64,000 nt of DNA from Bacteroidales bacterium (GTDB lineage Bacteria; Bacteroidota; Bacteroidia; Bacteroidales; VadinHA17). Under the pieces are notes generated by a model. The model saw nothing but the letters and a program-made list of their open reading frames with translations, had not been told where the DNA came from and ran no database searches. Below, in pieces: positions 1 through 8,572 of the stretch. The stretch lies in contig PLNF01000096.1 in NCBI GenBank assembly GCA_003141715.1, positions 2,365-66,364 of the forward strand. The letters are read 5' to 3'. The position numbers and the translations under genes were made by a program. Within the stretch, counting starts at the first letter, position 1. Each line of letters begins with the position of its first letter.

Positions 1-1444
1 TCTTCATACCAAGGGTATCATACTCAACTCTTTTCCCGGCACGTAGCGCCACTCCTCCAAGCAGAATAGTTTCCGTAACAGGTCCGGTATATATAAAGCT
101 TCCAGGTGATTGTGTGTTGTTTTTGAATGAGTTGATCCATATATTGTTTGGATCCTCACCGGATTTTTCAGAAGCGGTTCTTTTAGGAGTGATATTTTTG
201 TTCTCGACATATAACTCAGGGTTTTCACCTCTGAATCCGGCGATTATTTTCCCTTTTTCACCAACAAACATCATACCTTCACGTTCCAGTGATTTCCCTG
301 AAGAAATATACTCGTCAGGAGTGACAGGTTTCATACCTCCATCGTACCAGAAAAGATCAAACGTTGGTAGTTCTGCCTGTGCCTTGAACTTAAATCTGAT
401 TATACATGAAAGCGGGAAAGCAACATCATTCTTAACGCCTACTGCCACATTCCCCTGAAAAGCACAAGTAGTGGTTCCATAAGCCTCAGCACTTATCGCC
501 GGAGAATTGATTCCCAGAGTCAGGAAAAGAGGAAACAGACTATAATGTCCCATGTCTGCTATACTTCCTGCACCAAAATCGTACCAGCCTCTGAAAACTG
601 CGTTTGTATAATTTGGATGATATGGTCTATCCGGAACAGGGCCCAGCCATAAATCCCAGTTAAAGTCTTTAGGTATAGGAGGAGTTTCTGTGGGATTAGC
701 TTGCCACTGCGGCCACATCGGCCTGTTCGACCAGTTATGTATCTGCTTTAGCTTGCCAATTGATCCATCGCTTATCCATTTCTTAATTACATCGTAGTCA
801 GGTCTTTTACTCCATGCAAGAAGATGTGTGCTTAGTCCTGTTTTTTTTGCCGTTTCAATTGTCAGCCTCGCTTCATACATCCTGTTGGCAATCGGTTTAT
901 GCGTTACTACATGTTTCCCTTTTTTCATTGAAGCTATTGCTACAATGCCATGAAGATGGTCAGGGGTCATGATTTTTATCGCATTCAGATCTTTCTCTTT
1001 TTCAAGTAATTCCCTGAAATCCTCATAAGCAGCACATCCTTTATAGGTGCCTGAATCTTTTGATTTTCCATAATATTTCTGAACAAATTCCTGTCCGATA
1101 TCTCTTCCTCCGGGTATTCCCTTGATATCTTCTCCCCATGAATTATCACCTAATGCCCTTCGGATACTGTCACGCACATCGTTTAACGACCAATCTATAT
1201 AGTTTGTACTGAACTTATTGGGATCGCAGACAGCAACTATCTGCAATGCAGGATTCGAAATCAATGCTGTCATTTCTCTTAATCCCTGTGTCCCGCAACC
1301 AATATATCCAAGCGTGATCTTATCGCTTGGAGGAATATAACCTGGTCCCCCCAGAACTTGTCTGGGTACAATTGTAAGAGCCACGGAAGCAGCAGCAGCT
1401 GATCCAAGGAACTCGCGGCGGTTAATTTTTTTTGAGATAGCCAT
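1..1444 (-). CDS. Gfo/Idh/MocA-family oxidoreductase with twin-arginine signal (C-terminus runs off the window)
   Basis: Absent from the supplied ORF track because the frame leaves the window at position 1. My translation from the ATG at 1444 gives MAISKKINRREFLGSAAAASVALTIVPRQVLGGPGYIPPSDKITLGYIGCGTQG...IMTPDHLHG.... It has an RREFL Tat motif and a Rossmann-type start, and the frame stays open to the edge when read by hand. Confidence 0.8.
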   Translation of the reverse strand, partial: MAISKKINRREFLGSAAAASVALTIVPRQVLGGPGYIPPSDKITLGYIGCGTQGLREMTALISNPALQIVAVCDPNKFSTNYIDWSLNDVRDSIRRALGDNSWGEDIKGIPGGRDIGQEFVQKYYGKSKDSGTYKGCAAYEDFRELLEKEKDLNAIKIMTPDHLHGIVAIASMKKGKHVVTHKPIANRMYEARLTIETAKKTGLSTHLLAWSKRPDYDVIKKWISDGSIGKLKQIHNWSNRPMWPQWQANPTETPPIPKDFNWDLWLGPVPDRPYHPNYTNAVFRGWYDFGAGSIADMGHYSLFPLFLTLGINSPAISAEAYGTTTCAFQGNVAVGVKNDVAFPLSCIIRFKFKAQAELPTFDLFWYDGGMKPVTPDEYISSGKSLEREGMMFVGEKGKIIAGFRGENPELYVENKNITPKRTASEKSGEDPNNIWINSFKNNTQSPGSFIYTGPVTETILLGGVALRAGKRVEYDTLGMK

Positions 1445-1516
1445 TTTTTTGAAATTGATTTATGATAAGTGTTAATAATTTTATTGGATATAATTTACGT
1501 CTTGAGTATCCGATAA

Positions 1517-2386
1517 TCAAAGACTATGAATGTAACCTGCACTCTCTTTAAATGTTTCTATTCCCATTTCCACAAAGAAATTCTTTACTCCAGCTGTTTT
1601 GAGGGTGGCGAAAAATTCCTTCCAGTCAACGATTCCTTTGCCAATTGGAACTTCCTTCTTTTCGGTAGCAGACCAATCTGCAAGGTGAGCAGAAATAAAT
1701 CTGCCAGGGTACTTTGTAAAATAGGTTGAAGCTTTATAACCCATGCTTATCACGGCTACCTGAAACTGCATTTTGACATATGCGGGATCGAGCTGGCTCA
1801 TCAAAGCATCATAGATAAGAGTATCGCCGATTTTTTCAAATTCCATATTATGATTGTGGTACCCCATCTGGATACCTGATTTTCTGGTTTTTTGCCCCAT
1901 CGTATTCAATTCGTCAGCGGCTTTAAGCCAGTCGCTGATTGTTGCCTCTTTTGGCAGACCGAAGCTGGAGAGAATCATTTGTGTCTGCCCTGATTCCTTA
2001 GCAAATTCAATGCGTTCATCAATGTGCTGTCTGAGTTCGTCCATTCCATAATGTGTGCTTGGCCATGAAAGACCAGCATCATTAATGATCTTCTTCATCT
2101 CTTTGGCTTTAAATTTCATCAGGGGGCCGAATCCTAAACTTTCATAACCGGGTGGGGAACACATTTCAACACTTTGATATCCCATATTTGCAACCATTTT
2201 TAAAGTACCAGGAAAATCATTCCCAATCTTTTCCCTTACGATCCATGCCTGGAATCCAACAGGCATTTTAACAGGTTCCGGAAGAACACCGGCATCAAGG
2301 TTCAGAGGAATCTGTGATGCAATAACAACTGATCCTATTCCCAGGGCACTTTTCCCCAGAAACTGTCTTCTTGATAATTTGTTCAT
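1517..2386 (-). CDS. Sugar phosphate isomerase/epimerase (xylose-isomerase-like TIM barrel), Tat-exported
   Basis: 289-aa ORF with an SRRQFLGKSALGIG Tat-type N-terminus. The GYHNHNMEF and FFVEMG segments are typical of AP-endonuclease-2 / xylose-isomerase-like barrels. It is tandem with the Tat-exported oxidoreductase. Confidence 0.75.
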   Translation of the reverse strand: MNKLSRRQFLGKSALGIGSVVIASQIPLNLDAGVLPEPVKMPVGFQAWIVREKIGNDFPGTLKMVANMGYQSVEMCSPPGYESLGFGPLMKFKAKEMKKIINDAGLSWPSTHYGMDELRQHIDERIEFAKESGQTQMILSSFGLPKEATISDWLKAADELNTMGQKTRKSGIQMGYHNHNMEFEKIGDTLIYDALMSQLDPAYVKMQFQVAVISMGYKASTYFTKYPGRFISAHLADWSATEKKEVPIGKGIVDWKEFFATLKTAGVKNFFVEMGIETFKESAGYIHSL

Positions 2387-2548
2387 AATGAGTATGTTTA
2401 TATTAATAAGGAACGGTATGATTTCCTGTAACCAAGATGTTGCTGTCCATACAAATTTATAAAATTGACAGGATAAATAACTGAATCTCTTAATGTTTTT
2501 TAACCTGGCCTATCAAACTATTTTAGACAATTAAATTATCTTTAGGAT

Positions 2549-3511
2549 ATGAAAAAGATATATTATTTATTGTCCGGACTAACACTTATCGCAATGCCAT
2601 TTACAAAATTTCCGCAAACAGAGATCAGCAACGGATTAATCCGTGCTACTATCTACCTTCCCGATGCCAGTAAAGGGTATTACCAGGGAACCCGTTTCGA
2701 TTGGTCAGGTAATATGGTCAGTCTTGAGTACAGCGGCCATAACTATTTCGGGCAGTGGTTCACTAAATACAGTCCCGAAATACATGATGTGATCATGGGT
2801 CCGGTTGAAGAATTTACTCCTTTGGACTATTCTGACACAAAACCTGGTGGCAGTTTTATTAAAATAGGAGTGGGAGTAGTCTATAAACAAGATGATAAGC
2901 CATATACATTCAGCAGATTATACAAGTTATTAAATCCCGGAAAATGGTCAATAAAAAAGAAATCAGATCAGGTATTATTTATTCACGATCTTGAGGATAA
3001 GGTTTACTCATATCATTACGAAAAAACTGTCCGGCTGACAAAAGATAAACCAGAACTGGTACTGTACCATACCCTGAAAAATACAGGAACCCGTACAATT
3101 GAGACCAGTGTCTATGACCATAATTTTTTTGTAATTGATAAACATCCTATTGGTCCCGGACTTGTAGTGAAATTGCCCTTTAAGCTCAAAGGTGAAGGAG
3201 TGGGATTTGGAGAATTAGCTGAAATTCAAGGCAATCAGATATCCTTTCTCAGAACAATAGGTAACGGGGAATATGTTGAGTGTTTTTCTCTTGAAGGATT
3301 TGGCCCCAGTGCGGATGATTATGAAATCAGGATTGAAAATCGAATAACAGGGGCAGGTGTGAAGATTACCTGCGATCAGCCTTTTCTGAAGCTGGCATTC
3401 TGGGCCTGTCCGACAACCCTGTGTCCTGAACCATACATAAAAATTAAAGTAGAACCGGGAAAAGAAATCAGCTGGACGATAAAATACGAATTTTATACTC
3501 TGTCAAAATAA
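2549..3511 (+). CDS. Exported hypothetical protein
   Basis: 320-aa ORF with a signal-peptide-like N-terminus (MKKIYYLLSGLTLIAMPF). I recognise no catalytic motif. Confidence 0.6.
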   Translation: MKKIYYLLSGLTLIAMPFTKFPQTEISNGLIRATIYLPDASKGYYQGTRFDWSGNMVSLEYSGHNYFGQWFTKYSPEIHDVIMGPVEEFTPLDYSDTKPGGSFIKIGVGVVYKQDDKPYTFSRLYKLLNPGKWSIKKKSDQVLFIHDLEDKVYSYHYEKTVRLTKDKPELVLYHTLKNTGTRTIETSVYDHNFFVIDKHPIGPGLVVKLPFKLKGEGVGFGELAEIQGNQISFLRTIGNGEYVECFSLEGFGPSADDYEIRIENRITGAGVKITCDQPFLKLAFWACPTTLCPEPYIKIKVEPGKEISWTIKYEFYTLSK

Positions 3512-3581
3512 CGGCTCAAAGGCGTAACGGCATAACGGCTGCATTATTAATCGCACACCGCATGCCGCATACCCTATACCA

Positions 3582-4553
3582 CTATTTAATATTAGTTTTT
3601 GTACCTGTCTGTATTATAATATTCTTCCGCCATTCGTACTTAGAACCATTCTTCAAACTAAGTAATACATCGTATGTTCCAGGAGAACAGCAATTTGCGA
3701 CTTTTATGTTCTCATAACTAATTATTTCGATGTTTTTATTTGGTGCAGGCGTGCCTGATTGTTTGTCAGCAGTTCCTGCAGGATATAATTTCATCACATT
3801 TACATCCTTGTTTACTCCGGTATAGCTAATGCCCCCTGCATTAAGATTAGTTGAAATCTTATATTTGATATCGGGTTTCATTGTAAAGTTTTCAAGCCAG
3901 ATGTTGTGAGTCTGTCCAGAAATTCCAATAGAGATAAGTAAATCATATGTTCCGGGTTTTATACTGCCACTGGTTTTATTGGTAGATTGATCAGGAGGTA
4001 TTGGTTTATCATGTTTGCCTTTTGCATAAAAGGATGGTATGCCAAAATACAGGTCTTGTATTGTACTGGATTTGAACCTGCTGACTTGTGTCTCGAAAGA
4101 TGCTAGCCCTTTAAATGTAGCCGGTGTTTCTCCAATCAGGATCTGGTAATCGTACAGGGTTACAGAAACGGATGTCTTTGTTTTAGGTTTTATAATTATG
4201 TTGCCTATAACAAAGCTAACTGTACCAGGTTTTCCTGAAAGCTTGAAAATAAGTTTCAAGTCATATGTACCTGTTGCAGCTCCCTGCACCTTGATCTCTT
4301 TTCCTGCGTTCAGGAGCTTAAATGTCGAACCGGATATCAGATCCCCTAGGGTTCTGATATTTACGGCTAATGGAGTCTTGTCATTAACAGTAAGTGCTGC
4401 ATAACTCTGTTGCACCCACACCTGGCTCCAGCAATGTTCAGTTTTGACGGTTATCCCGTTATCTAGTTTATAGCTGTAGTTCGAAACGGGCTGAGCCTGA
4501 AGGGAGAGAATTACGATTGTCTGCAAAGCCAAAAAGGAAAGTAGTTTTTTCAT
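3582..4553 (-). CDS. Exported beta-rich hypothetical protein
   Basis: 323-aa ORF with signal peptide MKKLLSFLALQTIVILSLQA. It contains repeated GTYDL / PGTYD(L/V)L segments, suggesting repeated beta-sandwich units. Confidence 0.6.
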   Translation of the reverse strand: MKKLLSFLALQTIVILSLQAQPVSNYSYKLDNGITVKTEHCWSQVWVQQSYAALTVNDKTPLAVNIRTLGDLISGSTFKLLNAGKEIKVQGAATGTYDLKLIFKLSGKPGTVSFVIGNIIIKPKTKTSVSVTLYDYQILIGETPATFKGLASFETQVSRFKSSTIQDLYFGIPSFYAKGKHDKPIPPDQSTNKTSGSIKPGTYDLLISIGISGQTHNIWLENFTMKPDIKYKISTNLNAGGISYTGVNKDVNVMKLYPAGTADKQSGTPAPNKNIEIISYENIKVANCCSPGTYDVLLSLKNGSKYEWRKNIIIQTGTKTNIK

Positions 4554-4592
4554 CAGAGTGTAATTTTAATCCATCAGAGTGTAATTTTAATC
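4551..4592. repeat. Perfect 21-bp tandem duplication (catcagagtgtaattttaatc x2) spanning the start codon of the 3582..4553 gene
   Basis: Read directly: 4551-4571 and 4572-4592 are identical. Copy 1 contains the minus-strand ATG. Confidence 0.9.
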
Positions 4593-4785
4593 GTTGAGAA
4601 AGATCCAATCAAATTTACACTTTTTAAATGACAGATAAAATTTTTTTTTGAAGTCAGAAATGCGAAATTGGTATGCTAAATTGTATAAAACAAATTGTAT
4701 GGACTGATTTTTTAATATCCTGAGGAATATTTACCTTTCAATTGTTGTCTATTAATATATCAACTCACTTTAATAATTAAAGAAT

Positions 4786-5340
4786 ATGAAAAGAAACATT
4801 GAAAAAATTCAGTTTAACGTCTCATCTTTCATAAGGTTAGTATCACTCACACTTATGCTGGCACTTTTTGCACCGGTAATGACAAATGCACAGGCCGGTA
4901 AAACAAATTTTGCCGGTGACTGGATATTAAATGCAGAGAAGAGCACACAGCCACAAGGTGGTCAGGGCGGCGGTAGCGGTATGAGAATGGGTGGCGGAAA
5001 TTTTGTTGCTACTCAGGAAGCCAATCTTCTGACAGTTGTCAGAACAAGGACGAGTCAGGATGGTCAACCCACCACAATGACAATGAAATATACCCTCGAT
5101 GGAAAAGAGAGTGTCAACACATCACCCAGAGGTGAAAGCAAATCCTTAGCAAAATGGTCTGCTGATGGAAAGTCTCTTACAATTGAAACTTCAAGGACCA
5201 TGGATATGAATGGCGAGTCCAGGACAATGAAATCAACAGAAGTATGGGTGCTGACTGATGCAAAAACACTTACTGTTACAACTACAAGACAAGGCCCTAA
5301 TGGTGAGGTAAAGAGTAATATGGTTTATGATAAGAAATAA
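4786..5340 (+). CDS. Exported hypothetical protein
   Basis: 184-aa ORF with a hydrophobic signal region (LVSLTLMLALFAPVMTNAQA) and a Gly-rich linker. It is followed by a terminator. Confidence 0.6.
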   Translation: MKRNIEKIQFNVSSFIRLVSLTLMLALFAPVMTNAQAGKTNFAGDWILNAEKSTQPQGGQGGGSGMRMGGGNFVATQEANLLTVVRTRTSQDGQPTTMTMKYTLDGKESVNTSPRGESKSLAKWSADGKSLTIETSRTMDMNGESRTMKSTEVWVLTDAKTLTVTTTRQGPNGEVKSNMVYDKK

Positions 5341-5366
5341 CTTTTAAATCTAATTGACAATTACTT

Positions 5367-5390
5367 GGCTCCGCGAGGGGCCTTTTTTTT
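5367..5390 (+). terminator. Rho-independent terminator
   Basis: The sequence ggctcc-gcga-ggggcc forms a stem-loop followed by T8, 27 nt after the stop at 5340. Confidence 0.75.
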
Positions 5391-5498
5391 GAATTTGAGA
5401 ATAAATTAATCTATTCAGATGTCTAATAAGAAAAGAAATAATCCTGCAGCTTAAACAGGATATTGTTTTATGAAGACATCAATTAATAAATTATTATC

Positions 5499-6032
5499 AT
5501 GAAAAGAAATGTTACAATCATCGGATTATTGCTTGTGCTTTTGATAGCAGGCAGTGCATGCCACAATGCAAGGCATGAAAGGAAAGACATGAGAGAAATG
5601 GGAAAGATGATCAGGATGAGAATGGGTCAGAATTTCAAACATTTCAGAGGAATGCCGGGTATGAGAGGAATGATGGGGCAGGGAATGAGAAATGGAATGA
5701 TGAGATGTATGGGTCCTGGAATGGGAAATGGAATGATGAGAGGTATGGGCCGGATGCCTATGGATAGCACCGGATGGATGCCGATGGCACCTGGAAGAAG
5801 GATGCTGGAAAGTATTCCTAACGTCACGGAAAACCAAAAGAAGCAAATAGAAGATCTTACAAAAAAACATTTCGACGAGATGAAAAAACTCAGGGAAGAG
5901 ATGTTTTCGAAAATGCAGAACATGATGGTTTCAAACAGGAAAGAAATGCTCAATATTCTTACTGATGAGCAGAAGAAATTCCTGGAATCCGGATCGGCTA
6001 AACTGTCTCCCTCACCTGAAAAGGCGAAATAA
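5499..6032 (+). CDS. Periplasmic Spy/CpxP-like protein with an extremely Met/Gly-rich segment
   Basis: 177-aa ORF with a signal peptide ending in a lipobox-like AGSAC. It has a run of GM(R/M)GM motifs (MPGMRGMMGQGMRNGMMRCMGPGMGNGMMRGMGRMPMD). The C-terminal helical part has LTxxQ-type motifs (VTENQKKQ, LTDEQKKF). Confidence 0.6.
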   Translation: MKRNVTIIGLLLVLLIAGSACHNARHERKDMREMGKMIRMRMGQNFKHFRGMPGMRGMMGQGMRNGMMRCMGPGMGNGMMRGMGRMPMDSTGWMPMAPGRRMLESIPNVTENQKKQIEDLTKKHFDEMKKLREEMFSKMQNMMVSNRKEMLNILTDEQKKFLESGSAKLSPSPEKAK

Positions 6033-6062
6033 TTAAAGCTGGTTGTTAGTTGCTTGTTACTT

Positions 6063-6098
6063 GTTACTCGTTAACTGTTTATTCTTCAGACGAGTAAC
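6063..6098. terminator. Hairpin between convergent genes (possible bidirectional terminator)
   Basis: gttactcgt (6063-6071) pairs with acgagtaac (6090-6098). It lies between the stops at 6032 (+) and 6115 (-), and there is no clean T-run. Confidence 0.45.
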
Positions 6099-6114
6099 CA
6101 GTAACCAGTAACAT

Positions 6115-7077
6115 TTACTTTAAGTCAGGAGCATTCATGAGATCCCTGATTTGTCTCCAGCCAATAAGAATTATATGATTTGTCTTTAACAGTTCTTTAA
6201 ATTCAGGACTTGAAACCAGATCAAGATCATGCTGACGCCAGGCAGAGCCATAATCATCGTGCCCCTTGCTTATTGCCTGCATTTCATCATTATCAAGAGC
6301 CAGATGAACTATCATCTCATTTAACCCGGGCTTCATTGCTTCGATGGCTTTTTTGTAAGCATCAATCCATTTCCCTGTAATCATCTTAGGTTCCAGCATG
6401 AATAAATTATCAAGAAGGAAGATTTTTGATTCCATTGATTTAGCCACATCGGGTGAAAACCAGGTCAGATATGCACGTGGAAACAAAACCGGCAAATGAT
6501 ATAATTCGGAAAGAGTCAGGTATATTTTTATCAATTCGGGATTAGCCAGAACACTGCCCATGTGAGTATCAAGATGGGTTGGTTGAACACCTAAGGCAAT
6601 CGCTTTATCAACTTGGGCCTTCAGCTCTTTCTCTGCTTCAACTCCTTTTGCAACCTTGCCAAGTTCTTCTACCGAAGGATAAAAATAATTATTCTTATCA
6701 AGCAGGCTGGGAATCTGGTCTGAAGGAGTTATGCCACCCCATTTATACAGATCCCATTCTGACGTCATCGTAAGGTGAATTCCAACATCCAACCCGGGAT
6801 GGTCTTTTACATAAGCCGCAATTTCAGGTGCCCATGGACATGGTACCATAATGCTTCCGGAAGTAATACCTTTATTATCGAAAGCTCTTATACATGCCGT
6901 ATTAACGGAATGAGCCAATCCCATATCATCAGCATGGATTATAAGCAATTTAGAATCCTTTGGATATCCCAGCAATTCGGCCAGATTTTTATTTCCCTGT
7001 GAACTTATGCTGAGAGTGATTAATAAGCTGGTAAGTACAAGTAATAACTTTTTCATTTTGAGGTTAATTAAATACAT
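6115..7077 (-). CDS. ChbG/HpnK (YdjC-like) carbohydrate deacetylase family protein
   Basis: 320-aa ORF. The IIHADDMGLAHSVN and HLDTHMG segments match the YdjC-family metal-site pattern. The likely true start is the MKKLLLV methionine at 7056, which precedes a signal peptide. Confidence 0.7.
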   Translation of the reverse strand: MYLINLKMKKLLLVLTSLLITLSISSQGNKNLAELLGYPKDSKLLIIHADDMGLAHSVNTACIRAFDNKGITSGSIMVPCPWAPEIAAYVKDHPGLDVGIHLTMTSEWDLYKWGGITPSDQIPSLLDKNNYFYPSVEELGKVAKGVEAEKELKAQVDKAIALGVQPTHLDTHMGSVLANPELIKIYLTLSELYHLPVLFPRAYLTWFSPDVAKSMESKIFLLDNLFMLEPKMITGKWIDAYKKAIEAMKPGLNEMIVHLALDNDEMQAISKGHDDYGSAWRQHDLDLVSSPEFKELLKTNHIILIGWRQIRDLMNAPDLK

Positions 7078-7202
7078 TAATGATGGAGTTTATCAAAGTT
7101 TAGGTCCTTAATTCCTGTCAGGAATAGTTTTTTACGAAATTACAAATAATTCTAAATCGAAGTTAAATATGGCCCTGAATCTTAAACACATCTCCCAATA
7201 AT

Positions 7203-7238
7203 AAAAAAAAGACCCCACAGGTTTTAGATCCTGTGAGG
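7203..7238 (-). terminator. Rho-independent terminator for the 7297..8277 gene
   Basis: On the minus strand, cctcacagg-atctaaaa-cctgtgggg is followed by a T-run (plus-strand A8 at 7203-7210). Confidence 0.7.
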
Positions 7239-7296
7239 CCTCATACTTTGCCTTTCATAACATATGCCTGAAGATCAGTGCATAATCCTTTTTTTA

Positions 7297-8277
7297 TTAT
7301 TTTAATTCCACGACTGCATACTTTGAGATTTTCCAGAACTGGTCGGGATCTTTTATCTCTATGCTGGCTATTTTGTTGTCTTTGTCACGAACCAACTCGT
7401 AGGAGCTGCTCGGGTGACTGGTTATAAGCTTTGCATCTTTTGAATTCACCGGAATACTTTTCATTTCCTTAATGTTGACCTGGGTAAATAAATTGTCAGA
7501 AAAATCGCGATGTAAAGATTCTTTTTTTCCTAGTCCGAGAAATCCGCCTTCTTTAGAAACAAGTCCCTTAGCTTTCAGAGATTTGTAGGTTCCGGAAGCT
7601 ATATAACCTTTATTCATTTCAGCGGTCTGATTACTTATTTTCTCATCCTTCTGTGCAATGGCAACCTGCTGGTCAGTCATACGGGTATTAAGCTGTCCGA
7701 TCTCGAAATCCTTTTTTGTCAGAGTAACTTTCAGGTCAGCTATTTCAGTCTCACGCTGCTGTATTGAAGCTTCCAGTTCAGCAACTTTAACTTGCAGACC
7801 TTTAATTGTTCCACCTGAATTCTTCAGCTGCGCGGTCAACGATGCTATTTTCTTTTTATTCTGATCGAGCAGGGTATTAACATACTCAATATCCTTCAGG
7901 ATCTGTTGCTTTTTGTCTTTTGAAAATTCCTGATCCGATGACTTCATCGTGATTATATTTTCCTTCTCTTTTACTGTGCTCAGGTCTTTTTCAATCTCAT
8001 CAAATGTCAACATCCATTCGTTGATCACTGAATCGCGTGAAGTTAATAATTGTGTAAATGAGTGTTTCTGGTTTTCAACAATAGCAACATGTTTTTTCTG
8101 CTCATTTTTATACGTCGAATTAACCACCAAACCAGCTGCAAGAAGAAGTACCAAACAAATTATGGTGGTTGTGGTGACACCTTTTTTCATTCCTTCTTTC
8201 TTTGCTTTTTTTTCATTATTCCGCGAAGCCGCATTATCATTTACGATATTTCGGTTGCTGTTTACTTCATTTGTCAT
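7297..8277 (-). CDS. Membrane-anchored coiled-coil protein, unknown function
   Basis: 326-aa ORF with one TM segment (TTTIICLVLLLAAGLVV). This is followed by a long heptad-like charged region and a C-terminal globular part. Confidence 0.55.
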   Translation of the reverse strand: MTNEVNSNRNIVNDNAASRNNEKKAKKEGMKKGVTTTTIICLVLLLAAGLVVNSTYKNEQKKHVAIVENQKHSFTQLLTSRDSVINEWMLTFDEIEKDLSTVKEKENIITMKSSDQEFSKDKKQQILKDIEYVNTLLDQNKKKIASLTAQLKNSGGTIKGLQVKVAELEASIQQRETEIADLKVTLTKKDFEIGQLNTRMTDQQVAIAQKDEKISNQTAEMNKGYIASGTYKSLKAKGLVSKEGGFLGLGKKESLHRDFSDNLFTQVNIKEMKSIPVNSKDAKLITSHPSSSYELVRDKDNKIASIEIKDPDQFWKISKYAVVELK

Positions 8278-8572
8278 TTTTGTTCCTCCTTGTTTAATTT
8301 ACTTTATTGTTGTAGTTTTTATTTTGATAAAAATGTGAAATTCATACTTATTTGTTTACTTATCAGGAGTAATGTATAATCCTCCTTTACCGGATAATTG
8401 CATTCCTTATTTCAAATATTATGCCTTAAATCGATTATGATTTTAACATATTTAAAATGAGCATATTACCAATATGCAATTTGAATGAGGAATTGTTCAT
8501 TTTGAGAAAACAATTCTCATATTGAGAAAAAATGAATGGAGTGTTGATAGTTTTATTTGGAGGATTTATTCA

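Noticed and set aside
5526-5953. Two antisense ORFs (114 aa and 108 aa) opposite the Met-rich gene
   Set aside because: - They are low-complexity His/Ser/Pro or Ile/Pro strings that mirror the ATG/GGN repeats of the sense strand.
- They have no start context or motifs, so they are shadow ORFs.
7949-8379. Plus-strand ORFs of 129 aa and 105 aa over the 5' end of the coiled-coil gene
   Set aside because: - These Phe/Ile/Ser-rich strings lie opposite a Lys/Glu/Asn-rich coding region.
- They have no signal, motif or promoter support.
8278-8572. Search for a sigma-54 promoter (TGGCAC-N5-TTGCA) downstream of the NtrC-type regulator, in front of the coiled-coil gene
   Set aside because: - By eye I found only a dyad (gaattgtt..aacaattc at 8490..8516) and a direct repeat tcatWttgagaaaa.
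- There is no GG-N10-GC element with correct spacing on either strand.
- A matrix scan would be needed before claiming one.
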